A stretch of 64,000 bases of DNA from an uncultured delta proteobacterium (GTDB lineage: Bacteria > Desulfobacterota > WTBG01): the NCBI GenBank assembly GCA_963793865.1, contig CAWCBP010000001.1, forward strand, positions 672,001 to 736,000, in the 5' to 3' direction. Below the pieces are notes generated by a model that was not told the DNA's origin, ran no database searches, and saw nothing but the letters and a program-made list of their open reading frames with translations. How positions within the stretch are numbered: position 1 is the first letter of the stretch; the number at the start of each line of letters is the position of its first letter. The position numbers and the translations under genes were made by a program. Of the stretch, positions 1 to 10,662 are shown piece after piece.

Positions 1-768
1 AAACCCGAAGCTGCCCCCGATTCCCGTGTTGCGTATGTAATAGGTGCGGGTCGCCTGCGATAAGGCGGCGCTGGAGAGCACCTCCGCCCGCGGCAGCATG
101 GAGCGTATGGCTTCAATCACGGAGCCGGCATCGGCAGCGGGCTTGAGCTTGATCAGGATGGCGCTGCAGCGGCCGGGGGCCAAATTGACAATCTCCTTTG
201 CCTTGACCATATTGGTGAATACCAGCGTCCCGGAAAACCCCCGGATGCTTCTGGTGATGGCGCTGACGCGCACGCGGGTATCGGATATTTCAAAAAACTG
301 GTCGATTTCCGGATCTCCCAGAATATTCAGGTCCAGGCTGTCCACGGTGACACCGTCGGCATCAAAGAGGGCAAAGGGTGATTGCCGAGCGTACCGCCAG
401 GGACCAAGCGCGTGGCGGGGGCTCCTGACCCCGACCACCTGCACCACCTGGAACTGCCCGTCCGACCGCTTGAACCTGCCGCTGGCGAAGACGACGGGCT
501 CCACCCATTCAATCTCCTCTAAACCGCTGATGCGGTCCACATAGCGCACGGGAAGGGTGCCGGTGGCATTGACATTACTGGTGTTCTTGCTGCACACCCA
601 GATGTCGGCGCCGCTGTGATCCACCAGGACCGACATGTAGTTGAACAGCCCGAAGAGAACGGAGAGCTGCTGGCCGACGAGAAACACGATGGCCACCACG
701 CCGAGCACTGCGCCGGCGGTGGTGGAGCGGTCGTGAAGCAGCATTTTGAGTGCAGCCAGACTACGCAT
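1..768 (-). CDS. ABC transporter permease, DevC/MacB-FtsX-like (runs off window edge)
   Basis: Not in ORF track. Manual translation from ATG at 768: MRSLAALKMLLHDRSTTAGAVLGVVAIVFLVGQQLSVLFG...SGADIWV...YYIRNTGIGGSFGF; open to position 1; start overlaps the stop of the upstream gene. Confidence 0.8.
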   Translation of the reverse strand, partial: MRSLAALKMLLHDRSTTAGAVLGVVAIVFLVGQQLSVLFGLFNYMSVLVDHSGADIWVCSKNTSNVNATGTLPVRYVDRISGLEEIEWVEPVVFASGRFKRSDGQFQVVQVVGVRSPRHALGPWRYARQSPFALFDADGVTVDSLDLNILGDPEIDQFFEISDTRVRVSAITRSIRGFSGTLVFTNMVKAKEIVNLAPGRCSAILIKLKPAADAGSVIEAIRSMLPRAEVLSSAALSQATRTYYIRNTGIGGSFGF

Positions 769-1869
769 GGGATCCCAACAAATGAAGTGAACGTGTGTGT
801 GCCTCTTCAAAGGTCCGGACGACGGCATCGGAAAAGGGGAGCAGGGCCTCGCCTGCCAGCACCGCCGCCGGTCCCCCGACCACAAGCTTGCAGCCCGGTG
901 CCAGACGCCGGATCTTTTGCAGGAGCGACTTTGCAGCGGGAAGATGGGCGGTTAAAATGACCGAGACAAGAATGACGTCGGGTTTGGATTGCTGAATTGC
1001 TTCCAGAATGTCCTCCTCGGGGGCGATGTGACCCATGCTTACCACCTCCCATCCCTTTATTTCAAGGTAGTTTTCCAGGATTTCAGCGCCCATTTCGTGC
1101 TCTTCTCCGGGAACGCAGGTTATCAGGGCCTTGTAGGGAAGGGGGGCGACACGGGAAGCGCGTCCGCCAGCCGCATCATGATGTAACGGCAGATGTCCGT
1201 TGCCACGTGGACGTCAACCACGTTAATGCTGTTTTTCTGCCAGAGCCTTCCCAGTGCGGTAAGCGAAGCGGTCAGCACGTCTCCGTACAAACGCTCAATG
1301 GTCATGCCTTCCTTCAGCAGGGAAAGTATGTAGTCGGTTGCTTCCTTCCTCCGCTTGGCCAGGAGATGATCCATAAACGGCTGGATCAGCGGCGGCAGGG
1401 TCACCTTTTCAATGGAACATGTCTTGTACAGTGAGGTAAGGTGCTGATGCAGCACCTGCAGCGGTCTGGTCAACTCGTGCGCCTCGGGGGGCTTTATGAC
1501 GCTGTGAATTGCCATGTCCCATGACCTGAGCAGGTGATCAAGGTAGTCAATCTCGAACCCCCGGCTGCAGAAAACCGAGATGTACCAGCAGAATTCCTCC
1601 TGCAGCTGATCGTAGAGGTGAAATTCGTAGGAGGCGCGCAGAAGGTCGCCGAATTGCCGGTGCACTTCCTCGGCCAGCCGCTGCTGCTCCCGTGGAAAGT
1701 TCTGGCCCAGGTATTTGATTTCAAGTTCGTACTTTTCCCGCACCAGGTCAAGTATCTTGGGAAAGGAGTGATTGAGCAGCTCCAGCGCCGACGAGGACAT
1801 GGGCGGAAGAGTTACGTGTGCCACAGCGTCAGTTGTTTCTTTGTTTGGTATGGTGTCGTTCATCCGCAT
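761..1869 (-). CDS. Cobalamin-binding domain protein with N-terminal helical (globin-like) domain; apparent frameshift ~1135-1146
   Basis: ORF 1123..2013 gives the helical cap (LGRLWQKNSINVVDVHVAT); the alternate frame continues YKALITCVPGEEHEMG...SV..VVGG (B12 Rossmann motif ExHxxG); shift at a G6 run. Confidence 0.8.
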
Positions 1870-1882
1870 CTTTCGGCAGTGT

Positions 1883-2758
1883 TTATAGGGCGCGCAGGTG
1901 CTCAGGGGTAAGTGCTCCCCTGTCATGCCGGTCAAGAACCCTGTCCAGCAATTGCACGCATGCCTTTTTGTCCCTGGGAAGCCGGGCCTTGACCGGGAAA
2001 TAATTGGAGGCATGGTTGGAGAAAAAAAGGCAACGGTTTAAATCCGATTCGGCAATCATGGTTTTCAGTTCCAGCAGCAATTCAAAGGGGGAGGGCAGGG
2101 CAAATGAGCCTTCCTGTGCAGCATCATAAAGCGGGGCCCCGGGTATGAGCATCAGCGTCAGGGCGCCGACATAGTCCGGCTGAATGCGGGTCAGGATCTT
2201 CGCTGTTTCACGGGCATGGATCAGGCTGCGCTCCCTGCCGCCAACTCCCAGGAGCACGGTAGCCGATAGTTTTATGCCCGCTTCTTTAACCCGGACTGCC
2301 GCCTCCACCGTGCGGTCAGCGGTCGCGCCCTTGTGAACCGCTGCAAGGGTTGCATCATCCCCCGATTCTATGCCGAGGTAGATGATGCCCAGCTTGAGCT
2401 CTTTCAGTTCCTTCAGCTCCGCGACGCTCTTTCTCAGGATGCTTTTAGTGTTTGCGTAGATTCCGATTCTTTGCAGGGTGGGAAAGCGCTGATGGAGAGA
2501 GTGCATTATTTCCAGCAGTTTTGGCTGGGGAATGATCAGCGCGTCTCCGTCAGCAAGGAAAACCCTCCTCACTTCTGCTGAAAACAGGCTTGCTTCTTCA
2601 ATATCCCGGCTGATTTCCTCAATGCCCCTGATGCGGAATCTCCTCCCTTTGTAGGCAGGACAAAAGGTGCAGCGGTTGTGCGAGCAGCCGACGGTCACCT
2701 GCAGAATAAAGCTGTTGGCCTCACTGGGTGGACGGATGACCGGCCCCTCATAATTCAT
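1883..2758 (-). CDS. Radical SAM protein
   Basis: CSHNRCTFC (CxxxCxxC), YEGPVIRPPSEA N-terminus, GIESG motif. Confidence 0.9.
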   Translation of the reverse strand: MNYEGPVIRPPSEANSFILQVTVGCSHNRCTFCPAYKGRRFRIRGIEEISRDIEEASLFSAEVRRVFLADGDALIIPQPKLLEIMHSLHQRFPTLQRIGIYANTKSILRKSVAELKELKELKLGIIYLGIESGDDATLAAVHKGATADRTVEAAVRVKEAGIKLSATVLLGVGGRERSLIHARETAKILTRIQPDYVGALTLMLIPGAPLYDAAQEGSFALPSPFELLLELKTMIAESDLNRCLFFSNHASNYFPVKARLPRDKKACVQLLDRVLDRHDRGALTPEHLRAL

Positions 2759-4077
2759 GGCGCGCTCAGCTCCCTTTGAATGGCAGGGACGATCTCAGAA
2801 CGGGGGACGCCTTTTTGTTCGCCTCTGCTCATGTCGCGAAGCACGACAGTGTGCTGGCGTATTTCATCCGGCCCCAGGATGGCAACCAGGGGAATTTTCC
2901 TGCCGGCGGCATAGGCGAGCTGTTTTTTCATTTTGTCCTGCTTCAAATACATTTCCGCCTTTATGCCGGCAGAGCGCAGCAGCGACAGGAGGCTCAGCGA
3001 TTCATGCTCCGTTTCCGGGCTGAATATGGCAACCAGCACCTCACTGGCACTTCCGCCTGATGCCGACAGGTTAAGCTCCTCCATCACCGTGATAACGCGT
3101 TCCAGCCCGAAGGAAGAGCCGGTGGCGGGAAGCGGTGCGGTGTTGAACATGCCTATCAGGTTGTCATAGCGTCCGCCGCCGGAAATGCTGCCGATGCGCG
3201 GCTCGTCCACCGTGGTTTCGAAAATGGGTCCGGTATAATAATCAAGCCCCCGCGCGAGGGAAAGGTCAAAGCAATAATTCCCCTTGTCAATGTTAAGGGA
3301 TGCGAGGCAGGAAAACATATCCTCCAGTTCCTTAATGCCCCGGGCAAGGGAAGGGGAATTGGGAAATCTTTCTTTTAAATAATCAAAATCAATTTTAATG
3401 CCGTTAGTATTGTCGTATAGTTCAAGTATCGCATTAACTGTTGTTTGAGCCAAACCCTTTTCGAGCATTTCCTCCTTGACGCCCTCAATACCCTTTTGCT
3501 CCAGCTTGTCAATGATTCTCAGCACGGCTGGTACGGTGTCTTCAGCAATACCCAGTCCCTGGGCGATGCCGTTTAATATTTTACGGCTGTTGATGTGAAT
3601 GGTGAACCCCGTGAAGGTAAGCGCCTTCAGTATGTGATAGATGACGGCAATGATCTCCGCGTCGGCAAGAACGCTGTCGCTTCCCACAATGTCTGCGTCG
3701 CACTGCCAGAACTCTCGGAAGCGGCCTCTCTGAGGCTTGTCGGCGCGCCACACGGGGGAAATCTGGTAGCATTTGAACGGCTTGGGGAGTTCCGGATACA
3801 TGGCCACGACACGGGAGAGGGGTATGGTAAGATCGTACCTCAGGGCGACCTGGCGTCCGCCCCTGTCGGTGAATTTGTATATAAGCTTCTCACCCTCTTC
3901 CCCGTATTTACCCTCCAGCAGGGAGGCGTATTCAATGGCGGGAGTCTCAAGCGGTTCAAAGCCGAACAGCTCAAAGGTCTGCTGAATGGTCTTGATGACC
4001 TTTTGCCGCAGCATCTTCTGCGGCGGAAGAAAATCCCTGAATCCCTTAAGTATCTGGGGTTTTATTGATGGTGCCAT
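2755..4077 (-). CDS. hisS: Histidine--tRNA ligase
   Basis: KGFRDF, LRYDLT, WRADKPQRGRFREFWQCDADI, LARGLDYYTG, GGGRYD; start taken at ATG 4077. Confidence 0.97.
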   Translation of the reverse strand: MAPSIKPQILKGFRDFLPPQKMLRQKVIKTIQQTFELFGFEPLETPAIEYASLLEGKYGEEGEKLIYKFTDRGGRQVALRYDLTIPLSRVVAMYPELPKPFKCYQISPVWRADKPQRGRFREFWQCDADIVGSDSVLADAEIIAVIYHILKALTFTGFTIHINSRKILNGIAQGLGIAEDTVPAVLRIIDKLEQKGIEGVKEEMLEKGLAQTTVNAILELYDNTNGIKIDFDYLKERFPNSPSLARGIKELEDMFSCLASLNIDKGNYCFDLSLARGLDYYTGPIFETTVDEPRIGSISGGGRYDNLIGMFNTAPLPATGSSFGLERVITVMEELNLSASGGSASEVLVAIFSPETEHESLSLLSLLRSAGIKAEMYLKQDKMKKQLAYAAGRKIPLVAILGPDEIRQHTVVLRDMSRGEQKGVPRSEIVPAIQRELSAP

Positions 4078-4210
4078 TGCCGGATGATGAGCGCAGCTCA
4101 ATGCGCTGCTGAATGTGAAATGAGTATCATGAGTGCAAAATACCTTACATGAACTTCCCTTCAGCGTCAACAGGTTATTAGCCGCCTCAATTTTTTTATC
4201 AGCTAATAAT

Positions 4211-4239
4211 TTGACAACCTTCCGGCGGAAGTTTACAAT
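4211..4239 (+). promoter_or_regulatory. sigma70-type promoter upstream of rsmE
   Basis: TTGACA-17 nt-TACAAT. Confidence 0.7.
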
Positions 4240-4356
4240 TCAACAATAAGCAGGTCACGCTGCCGATGCGGTTGCGGGTATACGGCCTTCATGGGCATAC
4301 CGCGTCCGGGCGCGGCCGAATCCGGGACGGGGTTAGGATAGTCAGGATAAGGGCAG

Positions 4357-5094
4357 ATGGCGAGGCACTTTTTCCTCGATAGAGACAGCATAAGCCGGGA
4401 CAGGGCTTTCATAGCCGGCGATGAGGCGAGGCATATTGCCTCGGTGCTGCGGCTGCGTGCAGGTGATGCGATTCGCTTGATAGACCAGGAGGGGTGGGAA
4501 TACAGTGCGGTTATCAGTGCCAGCAGCCCTCAGCGTGTCGAGGTTGCGTTGATTGAAAAACGCCCTCCGCCGGAGGTACCTGCCTGCAGGATAATATTGG
4601 GACAGGCCCTTCCCAAATTCCAGAAGATGGACTATATAGTGCAAAAGGCAACCGAGCTGGGCGTCAGCAGCATCATCCCCTTTGTATCAAGCCGCAGCAT
4701 CGGGGGCGCAGGCGCTGACCGGCTTCGCCTCAAGCGCCTCCGCTGGCAGAAGATTGCGCGGGAGGCCACAAAACAGTGCGGGAGAAGGCTGGTGCCGGCG
4801 GTTGAAAAAGTTACCGTATTTCGTGATGTTGTCCAGGCGAAGCGCGAGAATTATCTTAAGATAATCCTCTGGGAAGACGAAAAGAAAACCGGATTGAGAG
4901 AGGTGCTCATCGGAAGCAATCACTCTAAAAATGCGGTGGTACTGGTAGGCCCCGAGGGAGGTTTTACACCCCGGGAAATCGAACTGGCCGAAGGCTGCGG
5001 CTTTCAGCCGGCCGGCCTGGGACCGCATATCATGCGCACCGAGACGGCATCGCTCTATGTGCTCTCCGTTTTACAGTATGAGTGGGAGGGATGA
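4357..5094 (+). CDS. rsmE: 16S rRNA (uracil1498-N3)-methyltransferase
   Basis: HIASVLRL, QKATELGV, VGPEGGFT, LGPHIMRTETA SPOUT motifs. Confidence 0.95.
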   Translation: MARHFFLDRDSISRDRAFIAGDEARHIASVLRLRAGDAIRLIDQEGWEYSAVISASSPQRVEVALIEKRPPPEVPACRIILGQALPKFQKMDYIVQKATELGVSSIIPFVSSRSIGGAGADRLRLKRLRWQKIAREATKQCGRRLVPAVEKVTVFRDVVQAKRENYLKIILWEDEKKTGLREVLIGSNHSKNAVVLVGPEGGFTPREIELAEGCGFQPAGLGPHIMRTETASLYVLSVLQYEWEG

Positions 5095-5196
5095 ACCCAC
5101 AATACTGTCTGTCTGCAGGTTGACAAGAGGAGCCCGCGTGAATGTGCGGGCATGCCGGCACAGTGCCGGGAACAGCGGTTCTGAAGGAGCTGCGCC

Positions 5197-6249
5197 ATGA
5201 AGTGCCCGCGATGTAATTACGTGAGTTTCGACAGCATGCCGCGATGCAAGAAGTGCGGACATCAGTTTAAACCGTCAGCCTCTCAGCAGGATTCGGTGAG
5301 TATCTCCTCGCTTGTTTCAGACATCCCTGCGGGAGAAGGCGAAACCCGCGAGATCGATGCGGATGCCGATCTCAAAAAGGCAGTCTCATCCATCCGGAAA
5401 ACACTTGCTGAAATAGATGAGAAAACCGGTGACCGGCCTCAGGATCAACCGCTTGAGGGTGATACCGGTGATTTGAAGTTCCGGATTGACGGCAGCTGCA
5501 TGGATGGCTCCGGCCAATTCTCCGACGTCAGTGAAATCAACTGGGAAGACAGTGTCTCGCTGAGCGGTGATAACGTGATTCTGCCGTTTCACGACGATGG
5601 TCCCGGGGCGACGGAAGCGGACGCGGATGATACTCCTGTTGCCGGGGGGGAACGTATGCAGGGAACGCTCAGGAAGATTAGCGAGGAGCTCAAGGAGATT
5701 GAAAAAGGGCCTCAAGAGGCGGAAGCGGGATTGAAAGGGATCGAAGAAGAGCCGATCCTTTTTGATCCCCCTGCCGGTATGGCTGTGCCGGAAGAGGATA
5801 CGGTCACTGCGCCGGTCAGCGCAGGCGGTTTTTGGATACGGACCCTGGCGTACCTGATTGACTCGGTTATTCTGGAAGTTTTGTCATTGATTCTGATAGT
5901 GGTGGGCATGCTGGCAATGAGCATGAGTCCATCGGGTTTGGCAGCGTTCGATGAAGACCGCATCATGGGGGTATTGGGTCCATACTACCTCTTCAGCACC
6001 ATTATCACCATCCTGTATTTTACCTATTTTCACGGCAGCATCGGCCAGACCCCGGGTAAAATGCTCTGCGGTCTCAAGGTGGTGAGGGTTGACGGGGAAC
6101 CCCTGGGCTTTGCACGGGCGCTGCTGCGATGGGCGGGGTATCTACCCTCCAGCCTGGTTTTTGGTCTCGGCTTTCTCTGGATTGCCTGGGACAGGAACAA
6201 ACAGGCCTGGCATGATAAAATCGCGGGCACCCGGGTCATACGCCTCTAG
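5197..6249 (+). CDS. RDD family membrane protein with N-terminal zinc ribbon and acidic linker
   Basis: CPRC..CKKC; AGGFWIRTLAYLID, GQTPGKM, KQAWHDKIAGT. Confidence 0.9.
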   Translation: MKCPRCNYVSFDSMPRCKKCGHQFKPSASQQDSVSISSLVSDIPAGEGETREIDADADLKKAVSSIRKTLAEIDEKTGDRPQDQPLEGDTGDLKFRIDGSCMDGSGQFSDVSEINWEDSVSLSGDNVILPFHDDGPGATEADADDTPVAGGERMQGTLRKISEELKEIEKGPQEAEAGLKGIEEEPILFDPPAGMAVPEEDTVTAPVSAGGFWIRTLAYLIDSVILEVLSLILIVVGMLAMSMSPSGLAAFDEDRIMGVLGPYYLFSTIITILYFTYFHGSIGQTPGKMLCGLKVVRVDGEPLGFARALLRWAGYLPSSLVFGLGFLWIAWDRNKQAWHDKIAGTRVIRL

Positions 6250-6296
6250 GAAGTGAATTAGTATCAAAGTCTGATTCTGCAACGGCAAACTGAGGC

Positions 6297-6992
6297 GTGA
6301 CCGGTATGGGGCCATGGGAAAAAGAGATGCATGGAATCTATGTGCGGAAAATGACGGCGCTGCTGGTGCTCACGCTTGCGCTGGCCCTTACCTGCGCCTG
6401 CAACTCATCCAGGGCGGAGAGGCACTACCGGCGCGGGGTCAGGAGCATGCTCAAGGGCAAATCCGCCAAGGCGGTGGAGGAATTCTCGAAGGCCATCCGC
6501 TACAACCCGAATTACGGCCAGGCATTTTTCCAGCTTGCCTCGGTGTACGAATCGGAAGGGCTGCTTGAAAAAGCCTGCGGCATGTATCAGGAGCTGATGC
6601 GCATCGATCCCGCGATGCAGACAGAGGCGGAATGCAGGCTGGCGAAAGTGTACAGCCGCCTGGGAAAATGGCAGGAGGCCGTGGCCTGCTTCAACCGGGT
6701 TATCGATGCAAACCCCGCACATGCCGACGCGCACTACGGCCTTGCCACCATTTACAGACAATGCAACGAAAACGAGATGGCGCTGCGTGCCTACCAAAAG
6801 GCGGTTGAATGCAACGCGCAGCATTTTGAAGCCCACTATGCGCTTGCGGTCATGTATTATATCGACGGCAAATTCAGCCACGCGCGCACTCACGCCGCGC
6901 TCGCGACCGAGCGCTTTCCTTCCGCCTTCAAGTTGCTGGCCCTGATAGAAGAAGAACTGGCGCGATCCACCGGGGCGCATGCAGCATCCTGA
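6297..6992 (+). CDS. Tetratricopeptide repeat (lipo)protein
   Basis: Hydrophobic signal ending CAC; several TPR-like repeats (AHYGLA, AHYALA). Confidence 0.85.
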   Translation: MTGMGPWEKEMHGIYVRKMTALLVLTLALALTCACNSSRAERHYRRGVRSMLKGKSAKAVEEFSKAIRYNPNYGQAFFQLASVYESEGLLEKACGMYQELMRIDPAMQTEAECRLAKVYSRLGKWQEAVACFNRVIDANPAHADAHYGLATIYRQCNENEMALRAYQKAVECNAQHFEAHYALAVMYYIDGKFSHARTHAALATERFPSAFKLLALIEEELARSTGAHAAS

Positions 6993-7051
6993 TGGTATCG
7001 TTCGACAAGAGGGCTTCCGGCCCGTAACCGCAGGAAGGTTGACTGACCGTT

Positions 7052-7813
7052 ATGAATAAAAGGCAGCTGTTCATTATCTGGTGTGGGTTGCTTGTTGCCG
7101 TCAGCATGATCTGGTTTCCGGGCAGGTGGTTTGGATACATTGTAAACGGCTACCCGGTGATCAAGCCTGAGAGCATGGAGTTTTTGGTGAAGATTCTCAT
7201 GCCGCTGCTGGGCTTTACCATTCTGCTTGTGTACGGCATGCGTGATAAACGGATGCCCGCTTCGGGCTTCGCCGGGGTGCGGACGTATCGTCCCCGTCGC
7301 TCCTCTTTTTTTTACGCGTTGCTGATCCTGTCGGGGGGGATCTTCTTCGGGTTCATGGGCAGTTATTACATGATTTCCAGGGCGGACCGACCTGTCCCCG
7401 ATCCGGTTAGGCAGGAAATGAAGGCTGGTGAGACTGATGACCAGTTCAGAAATTTCTGTCGCCGGGAGGGGTACCGTCAGGAGGTGGAAGCGCTGACAAA
7501 ATGGCTGAGGGACGAGCGGGCAAACAGTATTGCCATACTCTATAATGGGGATGACGCATACAGCCATGATGTTTACACCTATTTATTACAAAGTCTTTCA
7601 CAGGAAAAGATCACCGTTGCCTTCAGCGATATGTTCAAGGACGGCGACAGGTCTTTTTTAAAGGAAATGAAGGCCCTCGAGTCGGCGAAGCCGGAGGCCA
7701 TCATTTTTCTGGGAAGTTATGACGAGCGGGTAGCCTTTCTGGAGACCATTGCACAGCAGCCTCAGGCGGAATTCTGGCAAAAGAGGCTCAATAAGATAAA
7801 ATGGATTGAGTAG
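7052..7813 (+). CDS. Hypothetical membrane protein with C-terminal periplasmic-binding-protein-like segment
   Basis: Three hydrophobic helices, then SIAILYNGDDAY...KPEAIIFLG resembling type I PBP strands. Confidence 0.55.
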   Translation: MNKRQLFIIWCGLLVAVSMIWFPGRWFGYIVNGYPVIKPESMEFLVKILMPLLGFTILLVYGMRDKRMPASGFAGVRTYRPRRSSFFYALLILSGGIFFGFMGSYYMISRADRPVPDPVRQEMKAGETDDQFRNFCRREGYRQEVEALTKWLRDERANSIAILYNGDDAYSHDVYTYLLQSLSQEKITVAFSDMFKDGDRSFLKEMKALESAKPEAIIFLGSYDERVAFLETIAQQPQAEFWQKRLNKIKWIE

Positions 7814-7840
7814 CGACTCATTGATGCCTATCTTTTCTAT

Positions 7841-7875
7841 TCCCGGCATTGGTTCAGGAATGCCGGGATTTTTTT
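7841..7875 (+). terminator. Rho-independent terminator
   Basis: TCCCGGCATT...AATGCCGGGA followed by T7. Confidence 0.75.
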
Positions 7876-7930
7876 ATATACGGTATTTGTATGCGACGGA
7901 GCGCGTCCCTGCTTGTAATGCTTATACAAA

Positions 7931-7960
7931 TGTAGGGGCGACCGGCCGGTCGCCCCTACA
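7931..7960. repeat. GTAG-type REP palindrome
   Basis: Perfect 30-bp palindrome TGTAGGGGCGACCGGCCGGTCGCCCCTACA between convergent genes. Confidence 0.75.
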
Positions 7961-7990
7961 TAGACCTTATTTACTTGTTAAAACGGGCAA

Positions 7991-8839
7991 TTAGAATGAT
8001 GCAAAGCGGTAGTAGAAAGCAGACGCAACCGCCCACAGCAAAATGAGCACGGTTGCCGCAACGCACCCGTTGGCAAGAGTCCTGTGTAAAGGAGTTTCCC
8101 TTTTTCTCTCTTCATACCCGAGGAAAAAAGCCAGGGCAATCCCGCCGGCCAGGCCGCCGCCGTGGGCCCAATTGTTGATACCGGGAACAATAAAGCCGAA
8201 CACAAACAGTCCGATGACCCAGCCTCCCATGCTTTTTAAAATCATCTGGCCGTACGTGCCGCCCCGGCTTTTGGCGTAATAGAGGATGGCTCCGATCAGC
8301 GCGAAGAGATTTGCCGATGCCCCGATGGTAAAGTGAACCCCCGCCAGGTATGAAACATAGAACCCGACAATCCCGCCCAGGGTGTAGATAATCAGCATGC
8401 GGTTCAAACCGTATTCCTGCAGCACGAACGGCGCCATCTGGTTCAGGACCATCATGTTGAAAAAAATATGCAGGATACTGCCGTGCAGGTAGCCCGCTGA
8501 CAGGAGGGACCACCAGTGTTTATATTGATCAATGGGAATGGTACCCGTTGCGCCTAGGCGGAAAAGCGCATTGCTGGAAGGTGACAAAAAAGAAAAGGGG
8601 TTCATGGCAAGGCCTATGCTTCCGAGGCTTAAAAGGGCAGAGAGCGCGAAAAGAAATATGTTAACAGTGATGAGCGACCTGGTTATGTGATCAGGTGTAA
8701 GAAAGTTGGTGAAGGCTTGAGTTTTTCGCCACCAGGAAGCGGGGTGCGAAATGCCGCAGTACGGGCAAACCGGTTCACTGATGCTGATAAGCCTCCTGCA
8801 CCGGGGACAGAGTATGGATTTTCTTTCAGATGAGGCCAT
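7991..8839 (-). CDS. Rhomboid family intramembrane serine protease with N-terminal zinc ribbon
   Basis: HIFFNM, GASA catalytic Ser, AHGGG catalytic His; CPRC..CPYC. Confidence 0.92.
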   Translation of the reverse strand: MASSERKSILCPRCRRLISISEPVCPYCGISHPASWWRKTQAFTNFLTPDHITRSLITVNIFLFALSALLSLGSIGLAMNPFSFLSPSSNALFRLGATGTIPIDQYKHWWSLLSAGYLHGSILHIFFNMMVLNQMAPFVLQEYGLNRMLIIYTLGGIVGFYVSYLAGVHFTIGASANLFALIGAILYYAKSRGGTYGQMILKSMGGWVIGLFVFGFIVPGINNWAHGGGLAGGIALAFFLGYEERKRETPLHRTLANGCVAATVLILLWAVASAFYYRFASF

Positions 8840-8866
8840 GGATGGAGTACAGGGTTTTATAAAAGA

Positions 8867-8912
8867 GAGATTGCTTCGTCGTCCCCTTCAAACGGGACTC
8901 CTCGCAACGACA
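8867..8912. repeat. Intergenic palindromic repeat (GTCRTTGCGAG...AAGCAATCTC family)
   Basis: GAGATTGCTTCGTCG...CTCCTCGCAACGAC; related copies at 24695-24723, 24751-24785, 31280-31314. Confidence 0.65.
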
Positions 8913-8934
8913 CCTTTATTTCTGGGACACAAGT

Positions 8935-10134
8935 TTAATAGCGGAACATGCCGTCTTCGTATATGACAATTTTTTTCCCGGATGTGAGATGCGCGGTCAC
9001 GGTTTTTTTCTCGGTATTGACCAGATCCCAGTGGAGCGCGGAGTCATTAAACCCCAGCCGCTGCTTCTTCGCCCGTGTCAATGAAGCCGGATCGCCGTCA
9101 TAGGTGTCTGAATATGAGGAGCCCACCGCCAGGTGGCAGTTTCCGTAGCGACCGCCGTAATTCTCATCAAACAGGGTATTGGCCATAAATCGATCAATCC
9201 TGGAAAAGCGCTTGTCGGTGAGAGAGAATTCGCCCACCCTGCCGGCGCCGCTGTCCATGGCGAGCTGCTTTCGGGCAAATGCTTCACCTTCTTTTGCCCG
9301 AAGGGTTACTACGGAGCCCTTTTTAAATTCCAGCTGCACGCCCGAAATATAATTGCCGCTGCGAAATGAAGGCAGGTTCGCATAATAGCAGCCTTCCGTC
9401 CCCCGCCAATCCGGAGAAAAAAAGAGCTCGAAGCTGGGGATGTTGTGTCCGGAGATGCCGATCCACTTGCGCCGATCACCCGGCGTTATGACAAGATCGA
9501 TTGATGCGGATTGAATCACATAGCGCTTTACTTTGAGGCTGTTCAGCCACCGTTTAAGAGAGCGGGCGTCGTTGTAAATGGCCTCCCATTCGCGGGCAGG
9601 GTCAGCCTTGTTGAGATAACAGGCGCGTATAATCTGCCGGGTGTAGTCTGCCATCGAAAGGCGTGCCTGCCGGGCAAGTTCCGCCGTTGGAAGCGTGCAG
9701 AGAGTCCAGCCAAAATCACCCCGTTCATCACGCTTATTCAGGATATCGCGCAGGGGCTTATAGGCGAGGGCGGCTTTTGCGATCTTTCGGGGATCGGTGT
9801 TGCGCAGGTGGGTAAGCGATGCCGGCGCGCTCAGGAATATGGATCCGTTCAGCCTGCTTAAAAGCTCCCTGCTTCCGGGAGGCTGGAAGACAAGCTGCTT
9901 GTCGTTTGCAATGCCGTAGAAATTCACGTCCATGGCAGGAGTGCCGCTAAGGCGCAGCATGGGGTTCATTCCCATGCTGAGAATTTTTGCTTGCAGTATT
10001 TCGGCAAGCCTGAGTGCGCCCAGGTCAAAGCGCACCAGTACAATGTCACCTTTCCTGTACGGCTGCGTCCGCGCCTTTCTAAGTCCCCAGAGCAGAACAT
10101 CCGCATAGCGATCCAACTGTTTTTCATTCAGCAT
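8935..10134 (-). CDS. Aminopeptidase, peptidase M29 (AmpS/PepS-like)
   Basis: HNIPSFELF, VGEFSL, NTLFDEN, HLAVGSSY, NDSALHWDLV. Confidence 0.9.
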   Translation of the reverse strand: MLNEKQLDRYADVLLWGLRKARTQPYRKGDIVLVRFDLGALRLAEILQAKILSMGMNPMLRLSGTPAMDVNFYGIANDKQLVFQPPGSRELLSRLNGSIFLSAPASLTHLRNTDPRKIAKAALAYKPLRDILNKRDERGDFGWTLCTLPTAELARQARLSMADYTRQIIRACYLNKADPAREWEAIYNDARSLKRWLNSLKVKRYVIQSASIDLVITPGDRRKWIGISGHNIPSFELFFSPDWRGTEGCYYANLPSFRSGNYISGVQLEFKKGSVVTLRAKEGEAFARKQLAMDSGAGRVGEFSLTDKRFSRIDRFMANTLFDENYGGRYGNCHLAVGSSYSDTYDGDPASLTRAKKQRLGFNDSALHWDLVNTEKKTVTAHLTSGKKIVIYEDGMFRY

Positions 10135-10471
10135 GAAAGCATATCCTCCCTACGATTTGAGAAGCGGTGCGAGGAGCAAGAATACTGATTGGGAAATTAA
10201 GCTGTCATACTAGGTTATTTTACCTGAGGAGTCAAATTAGAAAAGCCTGTCCCTTTAAGCAGAATCTCTTGTCGGAGACATGTTTGCAAAATATCTCCCG
10301 AAGCAGCAGGGTAAAGAAATATATGTATGGAGCACATTTTCTCTTGACATACGATTGTTCACGTCTAAAATGCACAGTATATTGATGCTTGATAGAAAAT
10401 AAATCTATATATTGGTATAGCGTTCGTGTTGCTTCATGCATTGGTTTTCATGCGCGCAGGGGGACAATAAT

Positions 10472-10660
10472 ATGCAGACTACCCCGGACGTCAGGGAATC
10501 TGACGAGATTAACCAGCATCTGGCCTTTATAGAGCACGTGGTGTCACTGTGGATCAAGCTGACACCGGATGACAATATAATGGGAAAGGTGTTTTTGGAC
10601 GTCAGGGACAAGCTGGAGAGAATAAAATATCTCAATAACAACCTCTGTGACAAAGGATAA
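10472..10660 (+). CDS. Small hypothetical protein
   Basis: GGGGA RBS, ATG, ends 2 bp before the PilZ gene. Confidence 0.5.
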   Translation: MQTTPDVRESDEINQHLAFIEHVVSLWIKLTPDDNIMGKVFLDVRDKLERIKYLNNNLCDKG

Positions 10661-10662
10661 AC

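Noticed and set aside
44..960. Plus-strand ORFs at the window start
   Set aside because: The real gene is the minus-strand ABC permease, missed by the track because its stop lies outside the window
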